Of a DNA stretch of 64,000 nucleotides, positions 38,560 through 49,295 are shown one piece after another. Position 1 is the stretch's first letter; each line of letters starts with the position of its first letter. A program made the translations under genes and the position numbers. The stretch is from positions 99,075 through 163,074 of the forward strand of contig QPGO01000083.1 of assembly GCA_008632985.1 (NCBI GenBank). Direction: 5' to 3'. The notes beneath the pieces are model-generated. The model was not told the origin of the DNA, searched no databases, and was given only the letters and a program-made list of their open reading frames with translations. This stretch comes from Psammoneis japonica (lineage: Eukaryota).

Positions 38560-40620
38560 ATGTGGCTGCATCAGTGCTGACTGACAAATTAGGCAAGCAA
38601 ATTGCACGCGATGCAAAATTATTGCGCCTTAGAGGCCTCAGTTGCTTGTTGCGTCTGCACAGTGGCAGAGGTGACTGGGGACCATTGGTGACAACGCGAC
38701 AGCATGCAGCACACCGAGTGCTCACCGGTTGCAAATTTCGAGGGGTGCCGGTCACTGTTGCAGACAAGCCATGGTCCAACGCTGAGCTCCAAGGCAGCAT
38801 CGCTCGAGGACCACACAAGTCCGCCTACGAATGCATTGAGTTTTTGTGCGAAGACATGTCTGACTGTGTCAACAAGGGTTTCTGGGTGGTTGTTCCATAC
38901 AACGACGTCCAAAATGAGCCCAATCTGCGGCTGAGTCCCATTGGCGTTGTCCCACAACATGCACGTAGACCACGACTGATTGTGGATTACACGTTCTATG
39001 GTGTTGATCCCTCTGCTCAGCCCAACGTGCCAATGGAGTCCATGTAGTTCGGGCACACGCTGGACCGCATCCTGCGGTGCGTTCTCCTTGCCAATCCCAA
39101 CAAGGGCCGTGTCCATCCAATGAAGATTGACCCAGCTGACGGTTTCTGCCGCATGCAGCTGGCGCCCGAGCAAGCACCCACACTGGGTGTGGTTTTTCCC
39201 CAACTTCCCGGGGAACCTCCCCTGGTGGCCATGCCAACTCGGTTGCCCATGGGATGGTCCAACTCGCCTCCGGCATTGATTGCCAGCCAGTGCGCAACCA
39301 TCTGGCACCGGAACACCCACTCGAACCTTGCCTTGACAGCCGCCCACCAAAGCACCATGCTGTCACTGCTGACGTGAATCCGTCCATCGCTGTCCCAGTG
39401 CCAGACACGCCAGATCCACACCTCGTGCACCGCCGCCGGCGGCACCTCCAACATGTCGACATCTACGTTGATGACTTCATTGGCGCCGCCCAAGGCTCCA
39501 AACAATCGCTGCGCAACGTGCATCGCACGATCATGCACGCCATTGACGATGCATTTCGTCCACTCGACAACCGAGACCACGCGAGTCGCAAGGAGCCAAT
39601 CTCAGTCAAAAAGCTCCGCAAAGGCGACGCCACTTGGTCAACGCAGAAGGAGGTCCCAGGGTGGATCATTGACACTTTGTCCATGACCATCCGCCTTGCG
39701 CCGCGACGCCGCGAGCGCCTCCGCACCATGCTGTACGAAGAGTTTCCCCACCATCGCAAGCGGGCAGTGCTCACCGACCTGCACAAGCTTCTTGGCGAAC
39801 TGCGATCCCTCACGCCCGGCATTCCCGGGTCTCGCAATCTGTTCTCCGAACTCCAGGAAGCCTTGCTCCACACCAAACCCGACGGGCGAGTTTGTCTTGC
39901 CCGCAATTTTCATGACACATTGGACGATTTTCGGTTGTCATGCCGCGGGCTTGATCTCCACCCCACCTGTGTCCAAGAACTTGCTCCCCTGTCGCCCACT
40001 GTCACGGGCTGCCATGATGCAGCCGGTCATGGTGCAGGTGGCATTCTTCTCCCTGCGCCATCAGCGGTCGCATGCAGCACCACGCTGCGTTGCTCCACTG
40101 CTTGCCGTCGGAGACCACAACACAATGCCGGACCCATCGTCTGGCGCATGCATTTCCCTCAAGCAGTCACCGACCACCTGTCCACCTTTAAGAATCCCCG
40201 CGGCCCTGTTGCCAACACCGAATTGGAGTTGGTCGGCAGCATTGTGCAATCCTGTGCCGCGGCGGACTGTTTCGACGTTCGAGAGCGCACAGTGCTTGAC
40301 CGCACGGACAACACCGGCACTCTCTTTCGTCAACGCAAGGGCTCCACCATGACTGCGAAGGTTGCAACACCCCTCCTTCGATGCCAAGGTCACCACCAAC
40401 GTTTCCACTGCCACCTGTCTCTCCACGACTGCTTGCCGGGACCGTTAAACACCGCTGCAGACGACGCCTCTCGCTTGCAACATTTGTCCAACCGTGCCTT
40501 CTTGCAACATTTTAACACTCACCACCCACAGACTCCCTCTTGGCGCCTTTGGACCCTGCCACCCGAGCTGCGTTCCTGTGTGATCTCGGCGCTGTGCAAC
40601 ACGCCATTGCCCACGGCATT
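38560..40620 (+). pseudogene. Reverse transcriptase / RNase H (pol), with stop and frameshift
   Basis: LRLSPIGVVPQ..RRPRLIVDY, KIDPADGFCR, LPMGWSNSPP, IYVDDFIG, HDAAGHGAGG, ELELVG, TDN, PGPLNTAADDASR. Confidence 0.9.
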
Positions 40621-41694
40621 GCCGCTTCTTCCGCCAGCTCCAGCAACACCCACTGGGACCTCTGGCAAAGTTTCTGTGACGACTTGGCCCTCGACCCTCT
40701 CTCACAAGACGTCAGCGACCCAGTCATCTTTTTCCAAGTTTTCATGCACCGATTCTGTACAGGCGCCATCGCCCCACGTGGCAATCCCGTCCGCGCACGC
40801 ACCGCTGAGGGTGCCTTACGGTCGATTGGCCAAACGTTCGCTGCAATGGGGTCCCCGGACCCGCGGCACACACTCCAAGGCAACATGGATTTCTGCATTA
40901 GCCGCCAAATCCGTTTCTACAAGAAAGAGGATCCTCCACCAGACCGGGTCAAACCGGTCCCCGTCGCTGTCCTCTTGTGGATTGCCCACGCCGCTTCCCC
41001 AACCAACCATCCGGGCACCCAAACCATCGCAGACATGACTGCTTTGGCCTTTTTCTTCCTCCTGCGGCCAGGCGAATGCACCGCCACCCCTTCCGACACC
41101 ACTCCATTTCGGTTGGGCGACGTTCGCCTCTCTGCTGGAGGTGCTTGCCTCGATTTGTTCACCTGCACTGATGAACACCTCGACACCGCCACCTTTGGCA
41201 TGCTCACTTTTGCCACACAGAAGAACAGCGTGCGTGGCGAAGTGACAGGCCTTGGCCTGTCCAGACACCCTGACCTCTGTCTGACACGTGCCCTCATCCG
41301 TCGTGTGAAACATCTCCGCGCCTTTGGTGCCACACCAGACACGCCCCTGGGTGTGTGCTTGCACAACAACACCTGGTGCCGTGTCTCTCCCGCCGACATC
41401 ACCAGCATCCTGCGCACCGCAATTCTGGCAATCAGCCCCGCTGCGCTGGGTTTCACACCCGCCAATGTCTCCACTCGCTGTTTGCGCGTGGCTGGTGCCA
41501 TGGCCCTCCCATGTGCCCATGTTGACGCCAACGTGATCCGCCTCTCAGGCCGATGGCGCTCCGACGAGATGCTCCGTCACCTCCACTTACAAGCAGAACC
41601 CGTCATGCGCAATTTCGCAACCCGCATGTTGGCGGGCGGCCAATTTGTCCTGCACCCCAATGCCGACGTGCCCCTTGCTGCCGCCGACCCGTGA
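40540..41694 (+). pseudogene. Tyrosine recombinase of the retroelement; catalytic Tyr position reads His
   Basis: AFFFLLRPGECT ... QKN ... STRCLRVAGAMAL ... IRLSGRWRSDEMLRHLH. The family pattern is LRPGEY and GRWxSxxMLRYLH. Confidence 0.85.
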
Positions 41695-41792
41695 TTCCAT
41701 CACAGGCCACGCCTCAGCCTTCCAGCCGGGCCCACCCACCCACCCAATTGCACCGCCACTGCCTGCACCAGTGCACGTGGGTGGTGCCGGAA

Positions 41793-42185
41793 TGGCCACA
41801 CTGTTCCAGCTTGGGAATGGAAAGGGACCAACTGCGCTGGCAAAGTCCTCCCATCCATGCCAATTGCCTTTCCCTAGAATCAGATCACCGCAAGAAGTCG
41901 TGCGAGCAAAGCAACGCCAGTCACTGGCCTCGCAAAGACCGACAAGGGGAGATGACCTCATTGCCCGTTGATGACGCACCGGGAAATCACCCCCCGCATC
42001 TGCCACATTGAACGCGTTCAAGTTGGCATTTGGAAGCAAGCTGCTGTTGCTCATTCTTCCAAAGAGCTTTGGCAGCAAGCCGAACAGACAGTCTAAAAGC
42101 GCTCCCACCTCTCCCTCCCTCTGGCCACACCGTTCCAGCTTGGGAATGGAAAGGGACCAACTGCGCTGGTGAAGTCCTCCCATCC
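41793..42185 (+). repeat. 3' split repeats B1-A2-B2
   Basis: The 64-bp B unit tggccacac.gttccagcttgggaatggaaagggaccaactgcgctgg..aagtcctcccatcc flanks A2 on both sides. Confidence 0.9.
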
Positions 42186-42337
42186 CTGCTGGTTGCCTGA
42201 AAATCACTCGCCACCATGACGAGTGCCGCCGACGCGCCGTCGTGCAGCTCTGCGGCCGTTTCGCATTTTCCAATGCGGTGCCACCAACGCACTGTGTGAC
42301 TCTTTTATCTAAAATCACTGGCTTCAATGTTGTCACA

Positions 42338-43397
42338 GGGACACACGGCATTTTGTCGCATTTGGTGACATTTTCTTAAATGAATTGATGATTTGTCGCG
42401 AAAAGACGCAAATTGCGACAAAATGTCCGGGTTGGCGATAAACGGGACAGAAACATTGTTTGGCCAAGTCATGAAATGATCAATGTCATTGTTTGCAACC
42501 AACCTGAACTTTGGCGATGTCGTTTCAATGAGTGGGGCAATTAACAGAATTTGGCGATCGATGTCATCAACGAAAATTCATCCGACAAAATTTGTCGCAT
42601 CCGACAAATTTTGTCGGACAAATTTTGTTGGCATGTGACAAGACACGACACGACAAGACACGACAAGACACGACAAGACACGACAAGACACGACAAGACA
42701 CGACACAACAAGACACGACACAACAAGACACGACATGACACGACACGTCACGACACGACGACTCACGAACGAAACACCCACGCCCCCCGCACACGCTGGC
42801 CGCTAACATCTCCGTTGACACTGCCGGCATGTCTCTTTTGCACGATGATGCAAAGCGACGATCATGCCGCTCTCGGCGGTCTCCATGCTCTCGTCAATGC
42901 CGGGACAACATCGTGCGCTTCTACACAGTGCAACGGAATGCACCGGCATGTGTTGCTGCACTGTGCCTTTTGTCAGTGCGACTGGGCACTTCTGAATGTT
43001 GGGGAGCGTTGCGCCATCGGCATGTCGCAATGCGTTTGTCGGCTCTTGTCGGCGTTTGTCGTACGTTGTCAGGGTTTGTCGGGGCTTGTCGGGGTTTGTC
43101 GGGGTTTGTCGGGGCTTGTCGGGGTTTGTCGGATACGACAAAATTTGTCGCACGTACGACAAAATTGCCAAAACATCAATTAACAAGTGCAGTCTTCACC
43201 GAAAGTTAAATTCATCACACCACAGCACTTTGGTTGATTTAACGTTTGTGTTTGGGACACGCCATTGCCAATTAAATGATGATTTTGTCTTGTTTATCGC
43301 CAACGGTTGAAATTTGTCTCAAAGGGCGTTTTTCACGACAAATCGTCCAATTCATTTATGGGAATGTCGCAATTGGCAACAAAATGCCGTGTGTCCC
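42338..43397. mobile_element. Non-autonomous TIR element (1.06 kb) with ~130-bp imperfect TIRs and internal CGACAA/TTGTCG arrays
   Basis: GGGACACACGGCATTTTG ... CAAAATGCCGTGTGTCCC ends. (cacgacaaga)n at about 42637-42760 and (gtcggggttt/gtcggggctt)n at about 43067-43132. TSD not clear. Confidence 0.8.
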
Positions 43398-44269
43398 AGA
43401 ATGCCACAACCATTTAAAGCAAGGCTTCGAAAACGAATGGCAAATCTTCTGGGGTCAAACACAGTCACACTCAATTGTGACCTCGAAACCCTTTGTTCGA
43501 CCATTGAGCCATGCACAGCTTGCAAGAATGAGATCCATGCATGATGTGTGGAAAGTTTTTGTTGAGCTGGGTTTTGCACCGGAAAATGTGCATTGTGTGT
43601 CTCTTGCTGCACCCGGTCCGTCGCGTTGAGAGGTTGTGACGCGATGTTGCACTGCGCGGCATGCAACACCGAAACGAATGAATTTGCGACGCACTCCGTC
43701 CATTTTGAGCAGCGTTGCCATGGTGTTGGAGCAGTTCAAGACTCTGTCACTCATGCAATCACTCCTCCGAACCCCAAGATTGATCCAGTGTGTCATCCCA
43801 TGCGAAACAAGGAGAGCCCGGATCAACTCTTTTGAGTCAAATTAAATGACATCTCAGTTCATCAAAAGGTTCAAGATTCCGCATCCTGACCTTTGATGGA
43901 CATGAAGAGGATGACAAAGTTGCTCTAGTTTCAACTGTTCGGCCTGCTTGCTCACAGGAAGAATGGACTGACGAAATGAAAGAAGCGCTCAAGAAACTCT
44001 TCAAGCGCAAATTAAGTCCGACTCCAATTTCAAGTTACAGCAAAGCTTCGTGGGGTCTTTCTGTCCAGGTGCAGGTGGTCCGCATCTTCACAGACAAGCC
44101 CATTTCGCCGAGCCCCTCTCCGAAACAGCATCCAAGTCATTGCGCCTTTCATGCGGGTCAGAAGTCACCCGACAAGGAATTTCACTGCCCATCCTTGTGG
44201 CCAACTCGACATTGTTCCAATGCATTCAATTGCTGTTCATCTACACTGTTTGTGTCACAACCCAAAACT

Positions 44270-44765
44270 GAGCATTGTGGAATGTGCGCAACACTTGATT
44301 TGAATGTCGGAACAATTGGTGCAAGCTCTGGGTCTCGCACTGGGATTGGACGCTGACGCACTTGACTGTTTGTTTCAGAAGGATCCATTCCGCCTGCTCA
44401 AACTCACATCCAGCAGATCCACACAACCACATGATCCAGAACAAGACACCAGTGGTGTCGATGCTCGCACGGATGCAGGACTCTGCACTTTGCTTCTTCA
44501 AGATCAAGTGGGAGGCTTGCAAGTCAATCCACTTCTAAATGGAAACGACTGGATCAGTGTTCCACCCACTGGACCCGACATGGTGGTTTGCAACCTGGGC
44601 GAAGTTGCCGAGCTTGTGAGTGGCCGGCATCTCTTGGCCACACCACTCTGTGTTGTGATGTCGCCCTGTGACAAGGCACGCATGTCCATTTCCCGTTTTT
44701 TTTTTACAATCCGACAAACGCTTTCAGTTTTTCGAAATCGGGCAAGTGGGGGACTGCGGCACTGA
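44270..44765 (+). pseudogene. Fragment of an IPNS/DIOX-like 2OG-Fe(II) oxygenase
   Basis: ALGLALGL...GVDARTDAGLCTLLLQDQVGGLQV...WISVPP...VCNLGE...SGRHLLATP..V...RMSI. HxD motif lost; TA depleted. Confidence 0.75.
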
Positions 44766-44791
44766 AACAGCGTAGAATTCTACGTATCGTA

Positions 44792-45208
44792 CTTCGCCGT
44801 GTTGTAAATCGAAATCACGTGGTGAAAGCACGGTGAAACTGACAAGTGGCGGAGAACGTCCAAATGCTAATTGGAAGGAAAGTAACGTTATCGAGCTTGT
44901 CCTAGACACATGTTATCCAATGTAAATAGAAACTTTCGTTGAGAAACTTGTTAAAACAAATGTTTTGGACAATTCCCAAGTTCACCACGGTGAAGCACGG
45001 GAAATCACTCGCCAAATTGCCGCGCAAATCGCTGGCAATTATCTAGCGATACTTTATAGAGCTATAATCAACGAATAGCTTCCATTCCGACATCGAACTA
45101 GCACAACTTATTGTAAGATATGTCACAGCACAACTGTCATTTAGTCAGAAGCAGTTGTGGCTTTCCACCGTGCTTTCGTCGTGCCATCAATTTTATAACA
45201 CGGTGAAG
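44792..45208. mobile_element. 417-bp MITE, Tc1/mariner-like (TA target site)
   Basis: TA|CTTCGCCGTGTTGTAAA...GAAAGCACGGTG at the left and CACCGTGCTTTC...TTTATAACACGGTGAAG|TA at the right. Confidence 0.7.
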
Positions 45209-45534
45209 TATGTACGTAAATTCATACCAGGTTCTACTGCAGTCCCCCATTTGATCGACTGAAAGCGTTTATTCTATCGGCCGTTGTGATAAAACAACTC
45301 CGTGTCCATGATGACTTGTGGGAATGCTCCAGAGACAAACGTTGGAATCATCAAGCTGGAAACGTGATGCATTCTCATTATGGAAAGAACGCATTCAAGA
45401 GCCCTGCACGATCTCATCCACGAGTGTTTTCGGAGCATCACGCAGACTTGGAAGTGTTGGAGAATGGCAGTGTTGTGAAACGAGAAGATGCAACATGAAA
45501 CACACAAGACAAGCAAGTAGCCGCTACTCTTCCC

Positions 45535-46584
45535 TTACGCTCTTTCTAGATTCGTAACTTTGGATCCCCGACCATCGGCTTGAGCTTTGGCTTGCCGCGA
45601 CATTTGCGCGTTTAACCTGCCTCTCGATCCTACGTGTGCTGCCCCGGAGGAAGATCCGCTACCATGCCTCACCGTTACCGAGTGCGTGCTCTTGCCAGGA
45701 ATTGGAACAAGCTTAAACTTGTAAACTTTTGGTCCGTCGACACTTGGCTCATACGTGTAACCGGTGCATCGGTACAAGCCTTCATAATAGTATTCAGGCT
45801 TTCCATCTTCACCTGTGGATCGTCTCAATAAGCGGATCGGATCTCGAGTCGACACAGATGAAATGAGTGACGAATTGGCTACATTCTCCTCTTGATCTGT
45901 CACATGATGCTTGCCTTTTTTACCTCCCGATCCAGTGTAAATGACCGATCCGTCGGCTTGACGATCATTGTCGTCCACATATCCGCCAGACAAGCAAACC
46001 GCATAGCACGCCTCGTCCTTGACCGAGTCAATCCCAGAAGGAATCTGGGTGTGAATCCCCAGAATCGCGGCTTCACCGCGACCTTTCAACTTGATGCCGA
46101 TTGGGACTCCCTCTATTTCCCCATGGCGACGACGAGGTGTCCATGTGTTTCGCAACTCCTTAAAGGCAACCATATCGGGTTTCTTCTGCTCAGCCTTCTC
46201 CAGTTGATTTAGTCTCTGGCGGAACTTTTGTAGTGCTTCGGCCGCACGACCCGTGCATTCAAGTGTACCGTCCTGCTGCTGTTGCTGCTGCTCCTCCAAA
46301 CGCTCTTGTTCTTCTCGGTATTTGTTAAACACTTGTTTCCACTTTTTGTACAAGGCCTTGGCTTTGGACCCAACAGTTGCGTGCGACTTTAACTTTCTAA
46401 TCACAAAAACCACCTCGCTGTCCCTCAGCCATGGATACTCCACGTCAAGCTCGTCAAGCCTCTGCAGACAGTCTTTAACAGATTCGACCACCGTCTCGTC
46501 GTTGATGGTATCTTGATTCTCAATTGCTTTTTCAAGACGTTCCTTTAGAATCTTGATGGTGGATTCTGTATTTGGTGATGACAT
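45535..46584 (-). CDS. Protein with an N-terminal TFIIS-N/Med26-like helical bundle and a C-terminal SRA/YDG domain
   Basis: HGEIEGVPIG...GIH..IPSGID...AVCLSGGYVDDND...YTGSGG...DQ...N.SL...PIRLLR...YYYEGLY...KFKL is an SRA domain. LQRLDELDV..LRDSEV..VIRKLKSH..V..KAKALYKKWK is TFIIS-N-like. Likely ATG at 46584. Confidence 0.88.
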   Translation of the reverse strand: MSSPNTESTIKILKERLEKAIENQDTINDETVVESVKDCLQRLDELDVEYPWLRDSEVVFVIRKLKSHATVGSKAKALYKKWKQVFNKYREEQERLEEQQQQQQDGTLECTGRAAEALQKFRQRLNQLEKAEQKKPDMVAFKELRNTWTPRRRHGEIEGVPIGIKLKGRGEAAILGIHTQIPSGIDSVKDEACYAVCLSGGYVDDNDRQADGSVIYTGSGGKKGKHHVTDQEENVANSSLISSVSTRDPIRLLRRSTGEDGKPEYYYEGLYRCTGYTYEPSVDGPKVYKFKLVPIPGKSTHSVTVRHGSGSSSGAAHVGSRGRLNAQMSRQAKAQADGRGSKVTNLERA

Positions 46585-47243
46585 GTTCTGTTGAAATATA
46601 TCGTATGGCAACAAAAGGACAGAACGCAGAACGCAGACCAAATAATAGAGGACGGCTCACTTTTGGCTGCTAAAGGATAATCGAATCCAAAATAAGATAG
46701 ATGGATCTACGACAGAGATGGCGTTTTACAACTCTGACAACAACACACTCTTGGCAGCAACAACAACTTGAGGCTCGAGGTGACGTGAAGAAGCAATGTT
46801 GGAGATCGTGGATCGTGGCAGATCATGGCAGATGCGAGAGAGGCAGGTCGCGCGACACCGGTTAACAGGAACAACCACCGCTGATTGGGGGGCGCGCTTC
46901 CCCCTGACGTCACGGGTTAACCGCGCTAACCGGGGGGAGTCCTCAGTGGTTCCTGCCCGTAGGAGGCCGGCGCCGGAACCACCCCCGGAACCGGTTCCCG
47001 GACCCCGGATAGGCCTGTGGTTAGTGAAGATAAGAACCTTCAGAACAGGACAAGACGTAAAATCCACTTATCGAAATGTTCTTTCTTCCCACTCGAATGT
47101 CAACATGATTCGAAACGACTCCACTTATCGAACGCCATAAGTGAGCGTTTGATTTCAAAAACCTCTTTTCTTTTGATAGTAAGGTGGGTGCACCCCAAAA
47201 GATTATCCCTCGAGGCTATCATAATGAGCAGAACAGACCCAAG

Positions 47244-49295
47244 ATGGCGTCTCAGGTCTCCATAGGAGACTTGTTGGCCCAAACCATCACACCACCCAAG
47301 GTGGATGGCACTTATGTCACTGAGTGGAATGCATACAAAAGGTGGGTGGATGAATCGCCGGCTCTGTCGGGGCCGCCTTACTTGACGCGAGACCAGGTCG
47401 ACCGGTACTTCTTGGAGGTAGTGTCGAAACGAGACGTCACGCCGAAGTCGGCCAAGCGTGTCATTTGGTCACTGCAGCATTATTCATCTTGGGAGGAGCA
47501 CAAACCTCCCAATCCAAAATTCGTTGTGAGATCAGAGGCAGTTGACGTCGCTCTGGTGGCACACAAGGAGCGATACACCCAAAATTTGCTCACTACGTTT
47601 GTATCAGCTCATGACAAGCTGCCTACGGATACTCTGTCTCGTGTTGCTGAGGATAAGATATTGAATTATATTATTCAATCTGCTGCTTGGAAGAACTTGG
47701 TAGTGTCATGGACCAGCTGCAGCCAGACCATGATACGAGGCGATCAGCTCCGACTTACACGCTATGCGGATATTCACTATGACGAAACTCACGGCCCCGG
47801 CAACCCAAACGAATCGGTCGCACGTCCAATGATAGCTCTGATTGAGCAACGGTTTACAGGCAAACGAGGTTCCCACAAAAAAAGAGTTGCAGGCATGTGG
47901 CGGCACCGCGACTGGAAGCGATGCGGAACCGGTATGAACGCCGCCGTCGCCGCCTGCAGGTTTCATAGCGATACGGAAATCCACTTCATACATCAACATG
48001 ACGGTTTCCCGGACTGGTACAAGTGTGAACTAGTGGGTTGGAAAACATTAGACACGCACCGTAAGGCATACCAACGGGTATACAGGGCAACAAAGACGTC
48101 GTGGGCAAAGTGTACTCACCTTCGCACCGCCGGCATCGATTCTAGCAACATGGGCGGGGCGACCAAGCAAAATATTGAGCAGCAGACGAAGCATGGAAAA
48201 GATTCACTTGACGTCTCATACTTGCCTGAGATCCCTCCACAAGTGCAGTTGATTGCCGCCGGGTTCTCTAAGCTGCATGGGGAGAAGGTTTACTACGTCC
48301 CTCGTACCAACATATCCTTCGGCGAACTAGTTCCCGGAAAACCAAACGTCACTGATACTGAGTTGGCAGAGATGATATGGCCAAGACTGCCTGCATGGAA
48401 ACAGCAACACAATGTTGGTCGTAAGTGGCCATGCGGTACAAACTTTTTATATGGGACCTTACCTTTTTTCGCTCGCGTCCTGTGCCAAGACGGTATCCAC
48501 TGGGTCACGGAGTATCCGCAGCACGAAGTATCCCGTCTATTGGTTCGTGTTTTTGGCGGCAGGTACATTGAGTGGGCAAGGGACAGGCTTCAAGAGTTGG
48601 CTGATATGGACACTGCAGAAGAAGACGAGATTCAAAATCTGAACATTGCTGCGCAGACAGCTTTCTCCTCGGTTCGTACCGATACACAGGTTCTGGTTGG
48701 GAAAATGGATCGACTGTCAGCAGAAGTTCAAAATTTCACTAACATTATTCTGAGGCAAAACCAGCAGCAACAACAGCAGCAACGTGAGCAGATGCAGAGC
48801 ATCAGAATGGCTGTGAGTAGTCGGAATGCGATTCAGACACGTACCGTATTGGATTCGAATCCAACTCGCTCGCGCATCGTTCAGCATCTGCCTCCGCCGC
48901 CGTCAGGTGCTACTCAACCATACTTTCCAAAAGAAATGCCAAAGACAATGACCAAATTGTTGGAGGAGCACCTGGAGTTTCAGTTGGAACAGTACAAAGG
49001 AGTGAGCAAAAAGAATTGGCAGGGTGGGGTCACTATGCAGCTCAGTCGTCGTTCATACCTGTATGGCTTGATTCTGAAACGGTCTGAGCGAGTGCGTGGT
49101 TTTTCAGACCGTGCCGCTGTACTCCAGGAATCTGCAAGGCTGATTGACGAGGAGAGAGGTACTATGTCACTCAGACAATTGTATGATACTTCCAAGGCTC
49201 AATCTAGTGATACCAAGCGCCGTAAGGTCGACCGCTCCCAAGGACCGAAGAAAAGATCGCGTCGCATCCAACCTCTCCCATCGGAAGATGCGTGA
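47244..49295 (+). CDS. Crypton-type (NDC10-like) tyrosine recombinase with GCR1_C-like C-terminal domain; intact ORF
   Basis: MIRGD, RHRD..RCG.G, KCTHLRTAG, SYLPE.P...AAGF...YYVPR, VLCQDG. C-terminal PKTM..LLEE...LEQYKG..W...LSRR..LY..I. Likely ATG at 47244. Confidence 0.75.
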   Translation: MASQVSIGDLLAQTITPPKVDGTYVTEWNAYKRWVDESPALSGPPYLTRDQVDRYFLEVVSKRDVTPKSAKRVIWSLQHYSSWEEHKPPNPKFVVRSEAVDVALVAHKERYTQNLLTTFVSAHDKLPTDTLSRVAEDKILNYIIQSAAWKNLVVSWTSCSQTMIRGDQLRLTRYADIHYDETHGPGNPNESVARPMIALIEQRFTGKRGSHKKRVAGMWRHRDWKRCGTGMNAAVAACRFHSDTEIHFIHQHDGFPDWYKCELVGWKTLDTHRKAYQRVYRATKTSWAKCTHLRTAGIDSSNMGGATKQNIEQQTKHGKDSLDVSYLPEIPPQVQLIAAGFSKLHGEKVYYVPRTNISFGELVPGKPNVTDTELAEMIWPRLPAWKQQHNVGRKWPCGTNFLYGTLPFFARVLCQDGIHWVTEYPQHEVSRLLVRVFGGRYIEWARDRLQELADMDTAEEDEIQNLNIAAQTAFSSVRTDTQVLVGKMDRLSAEVQNFTNIILRQNQQQQQQQREQMQSIRMAVSSRNAIQTRTVLDSNPTRSRIVQHLPPPPSGATQPYFPKEMPKTMTKLLEEHLEFQLEQYKGVSKKNWQGGVTMQLSRRSYLYGLILKRSERVRGFSDRAAVLQESARLIDEERGTMSLRQLYDTSKAQSSDTKRRKVDRSQGPKKRSRRIQPLPSEDA

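Larger units (their letters stand above)
35915..42185 (+). mobile_element. Tyrosine-recombinase (DIRS-group) retrotransposon of Ngaro/PAT architecture, complete but hypermutated
   Basis: Split direct repeats A1 (35915-36096) ... B1 (41793-41856), A2 (41921-42102), B2 (42122-42185) enclose gag, RT/RNase H and an overlapping YR ORF. Confidence 0.9.

Noticed and set aside
35915..42185. Classical fungal RIP, or CpG methylation alone, as the explanation
   Set aside because: RIP increases TpA and stop codons. CpG decay cannot turn Tyr codons into Cys/His, and CpG is largely retained in this element.
42637..43132. Telomere-like repeats
   Set aside because: They are internal to a TIR element and do not match TTAGGG-type repeats.
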